Of a stretch of 64,000 nucleotides of DNA, positions 53,452-64,000 are shown in pieces. The stretch spans positions 1,376,001 through 1,440,000 of the forward strand of contig OZ245777.1 of assembly GCA_965227775.1 (NCBI GenBank). Reading direction: 5' to 3'. The first letter of the stretch is position 1, and each line of letters begins with the position of its first letter. This DNA comes from Phycisphaerales bacterium. GTDB taxonomy: Bacteria; Planctomycetota; Phycisphaerae; Phycisphaerales; UBA1924. The notes below the pieces were generated by a model. It had not been told where the DNA came from and made no database searches. It saw only the letters and a list, made by a program, of their open reading frames with translations. The translations under genes and the position numbers were made by a program.

Positions 53452-53634
53452 AGCAAGCACCAACGTCCCGGTCGCGGAAACGCGGCCGGGACGCTTTGAT
53501 TGACAGCCGTCGATGACGGCGACCGCCGACTGGCCCCGGAGAGGTCTGCTCGCAGACCGGGGTCAAAGCGCCGAACGGTTCGGCCCCACTCGGAGGCGTC
53601 CAGACTCGACTTTGCATCCGGAAAGAAGCACACT

Positions 53635-54045
53635 ATGAGCGACGAAGCTGCGACCAAGACCTTTGACGCCAAGATCACCAAGATGGGCGACGAGATCGTC
53701 GGCCTGAGCCTCAAGGAAGCCGTCGACCTGGCGGACTACCTCAAGGACACCTACGGCATCGAGCCCGCCGCTGGCGGCGCGGTCATGATGGCCGGCCCGG
53801 CCGACGGCGGTGGTGGTGGCGGCGCCGAGGAGAAGACCGAGTTCGACGTTGTCCTCAAGGGCGACGGTGGCAAGAAGATCCAGGTCATCAAGGTCGTCCG
53901 CGAGGCCACCGGCCTGGGCCTGAAGGAGGCCAAGGACATGGTCGACAACCTGCCCGCCAAGATCAAGGAAGGCCTGAGCAAGGACGAGGCCGACGCCCTC
54001 GCCGAGAAGCTCAAGGAGGCCGGCGGCGAGGTCGAGCTGGCCTGA
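53635..54045 (+). CDS. rplL: 50S ribosomal protein L7/L12
   Basis: [10 protein letters not shown] and [20 protein letters not shown] motifs. Confidence 0.97.
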   Translation: MSDEAATKTFDAKITKMGDEIVGLSLKEAVDLADYLKDTYGIEPAAGGAVMMAGPADGGGGGGAEEKTEFDVVLKGDGGKKIQVIKVVREATGLGLKEAKDMVDNLPAKIKEGLSKDEADALAEKLKEAGGEVELA

Positions 54046-54228
54046 TCAAGCTCGTTCCCATTACCTCGGGCTCTCGTTCGGGGCATCCAATATCAGCCAA
54101 GACTTGGGCCGCGTGCGATCTCGCACGCGGCCTTGTCATCGGGTGAAAACCCTGCTGGGGACGTCCCAGGGGGTCTGCGGGAGCCAAATGAGAATCAATT
54201 ATTCGTGTGCTAGCGAATCGTGTGCCCC

Positions 54229-54257
54229 TTGTCAAGAGGGAATGTGAGCGCTACCCT
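54229..54257 (+). promoter_or_regulatory. Putative internal sigma70 promoter for rpoBC
   Basis: TTGTCA-17-TACCCT in an AT-enriched part of the 336-nt rplL-rpoB spacer. Confidence 0.5.
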
Positions 54258-54381
54258 GACTATTGCGTCATGAAACAGGACGGGGCTGGCGGCGATCCGA
54301 ACAGCACGATGTAGATCTAGAAGGACCCTCCACAGGCCACGGGCTGTGGGCATGGGTCCGCTTCCCATCGCGAGGTGACCG

Positions 54382-58203
<3,822 letters not shown>

Positions 58204-58282
58204 CAGGCCGGCCCGGTTCTTTCCCTCTCTGCTGCGTCCCGAACTGATCGACTTTCACCGGTAGATTCCACCGGAGGCACAC

Positions 58283-62677
<4,395 letters not shown>

Positions 62678-62730
62678 TCCGACGCTGACCGACTCGTCTC
62701 GTGGGCCCCAGGGATAGATCGAGAGAAGAA

Positions 62731-62769
62731 CGCCGGGCGGGAGCTTGCTCCCGCCCGGCGGTTTCGTTT
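62731..62769 (+). terminator. Intrinsic terminator after rpoC
   Basis: CGCCGGGCGGGAG-CTTG-CTCCCGCCCGGCG followed by GTTTCGTTT. Confidence 0.85.
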
Positions 62770-62788
62770 GTCGGATTGTGATCAGCAT

Positions 62789-64000
62789 TCAGAACGGCAG
62801 CTGCACGCCGAGCTGGACCTTGTGGGCCTCGTAGTTGTCACCGAAGTCGCCCTCATAGGCAAGACGGACGTTGAAGCTCCCGCTCGTGCGGAAGCCAAAG
62901 CCGGCGGTGGGGCTGTAGTAGTTGTCGACAGCCGCATCGTCGAGGAAGTCCGAGTAGCTTGCGCCGCCGAACACGTAGGCGTTGTCACCGATGAAGTACG
63001 ACGCCTTGCCGCCGACGCGGACAAAGTCCTGTGTGAGCGCTGGGTCGAATTCGAACTCGCTGAGCTCCAATGAGATCGAGTCGAAGTGCGTGTACGACGC
63101 CGCACCGCTGAAGAGCCAGTCTTCGATCTCGTAGCTGGCCAAGACGGTTCCGCCGACGCCCCAGAACAGGCCGCCAGAGACCATTTCATAGCTGCCCGAG
63201 CCGGCGATGAGCGCACCCGGTGCGATCTGCAGCGTGAAGCCCTTGCCGTCGTCCTGCTGGATGAGGCGGATGGGCACGTCGAGGTGGGCCGAGGCGGTAA
63301 AGACGTCCGCACCCTCCACGTCGTAGTAGCTGATGGGAAACGAGGCCGCGATGCCCCAGTATCGGTTGACGCGGTACTCGAAGCTGCCCGAGAGGTTGAC
63401 GAACGTGCTCTCCAGCCCATCAGCGTCGGCGATGCCGGCCTGGGCATCGAACCGGATGCGCAGGCCCTTGTCGGATCCCGGCTGGAAGAACTGCACGCTC
63501 GCCGAGCCGACGGGCGCACCCTCACCCTGCATGCGACCCTGCTCCTGCGCGCCCTGCTCGTCGGCGGACTGGTTGAAACCGGTCACGCCACCGACCGACT
63601 CCATGCCGTTCTCTTCCTGAGCGCCTTCCTGGCCGTACACGCGAAACGCGCTCGGCGACGGCGGGGTCTGCAGCACCTCGCCCTGCATGATCTGTCGCTC
63701 AAGGCGTGTGAGATCCTGGTGCTTGCCGAAGCGGTTGTACTTGTATGAGGCCATCTGGGCCGTCGTGGACTGTGGATTGCCGTCGGTCACGGCGACGAGC
63801 GATCGCGCGTTGATCTCTCGCAGGAAGTCGGCGACGGTGTCCGATCCCTCGCTCTCGAGGAAGTCGACGATCTGGTCCTCGACGTCACCCGAAGCGTCGG
63901 TGGTGAAAACCAGCGGATCGCCCTCACGGCCCAGGAACTGGAGCGTCGCGCGGTCGCCGTCGTCGCTGAGCGTGAAGCTGATCGCGTCGTCCACGCCCGC
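62789..64000 (-). CDS. Outer-membrane beta-barrel protein (autotransporter-barrel-like; 5' end outside the window)
   Basis: Amphipathic aromatic-rich beta strands and a C-terminal HKVQLGVQLPF with terminal Phe (BAM signal). Confidence 0.75.
   Translation of the reverse strand, partial: AGVDDAISFTLSDDGDRATLQFLGREGDPLVFTTDASGDVEDQIVDFLESEGSDTVADFLREINARSLVAVTDGNPQSTTAQMASYKYNRFGKHQDLTRLERQIMQGEVLQTPPSPSAFRVYGQEGAQEENGMESVGGVTGFNQSADEQGAQEQGRMQGEGAPVGSASVQFFQPGSDKGLRIRFDAQAGIADADGLESTFVNLSGSFEYRVNRYWGIAASFPISYYDVEGADVFTASAHLDVPIRLIQQDDGKGFTLQIAPGALIAGSGSYEMVSGGLFWGVGGTVLASYEIEDWLFSGAASYTHFDSISLELSEFEFDPALTQDFVRVGGKASYFIGDNAYVFGGASYSDFLDDAAVDNYYSPTAGFGFRTSGSFNVRLAYEGDFGDNYEAHKVQLGVQLPF

Noticed and set aside
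54241..54254. AATGTGAGCGCTAC resembling a lac operator
   Set aside because: Only a half-site match, lying in a promoter spacer; no vector sequence or LacI gene nearby.

Overview
A GC-rich (roughly 65-70% by eye) chromosomal segment from a planctomycete, most likely class Phycisphaerae (Phycisphaerales). This is inferred from the Planctomycetota-type RpoB/RpoC and five proteins ending in the Cys-bracketed 'GC-type dockerin' module. It holds about 50 genes: envelope/LPS genes (lptB, kdsA, kdsD, galE, lgt, phosphomannomutase), an orphan mraZ, two different NfeD-flotillin operons, htpX, scpA, an ABC exporter-DinB-PhzF operon, three tandem FG-GAP/integrin-alpha-like surface proteins, a membrane-anchored P-loop NTPase next to an alanine/glycine:cation symporter, and rplK-rplA-rplJ-rplL-rpoB-rpoC. 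I found no rRNA, tRNA, CRISPR, transposase, integrase or phage genes. The most interesting signals are non-coding. A ~400-nt densely base-paired element follows mraZ where rsmH normally sits and displays CACCAC loops. The structured 5' leader of a 3D-domain (peptidoglycan-remodelling) gene 5.4 kb away displays complementary GUGGUG loops and a ~23-nt near-complementary stretch, so the two are a candidate sRNA-target pair. Also noted: a recurrent leaderless promoter architecture, a Cys at the RpoB position equivalent to E. coli R529, and a degenerate second zinc site in RpoC. All calls were made by eye from sequence motifs; no searches or folding programs were run.
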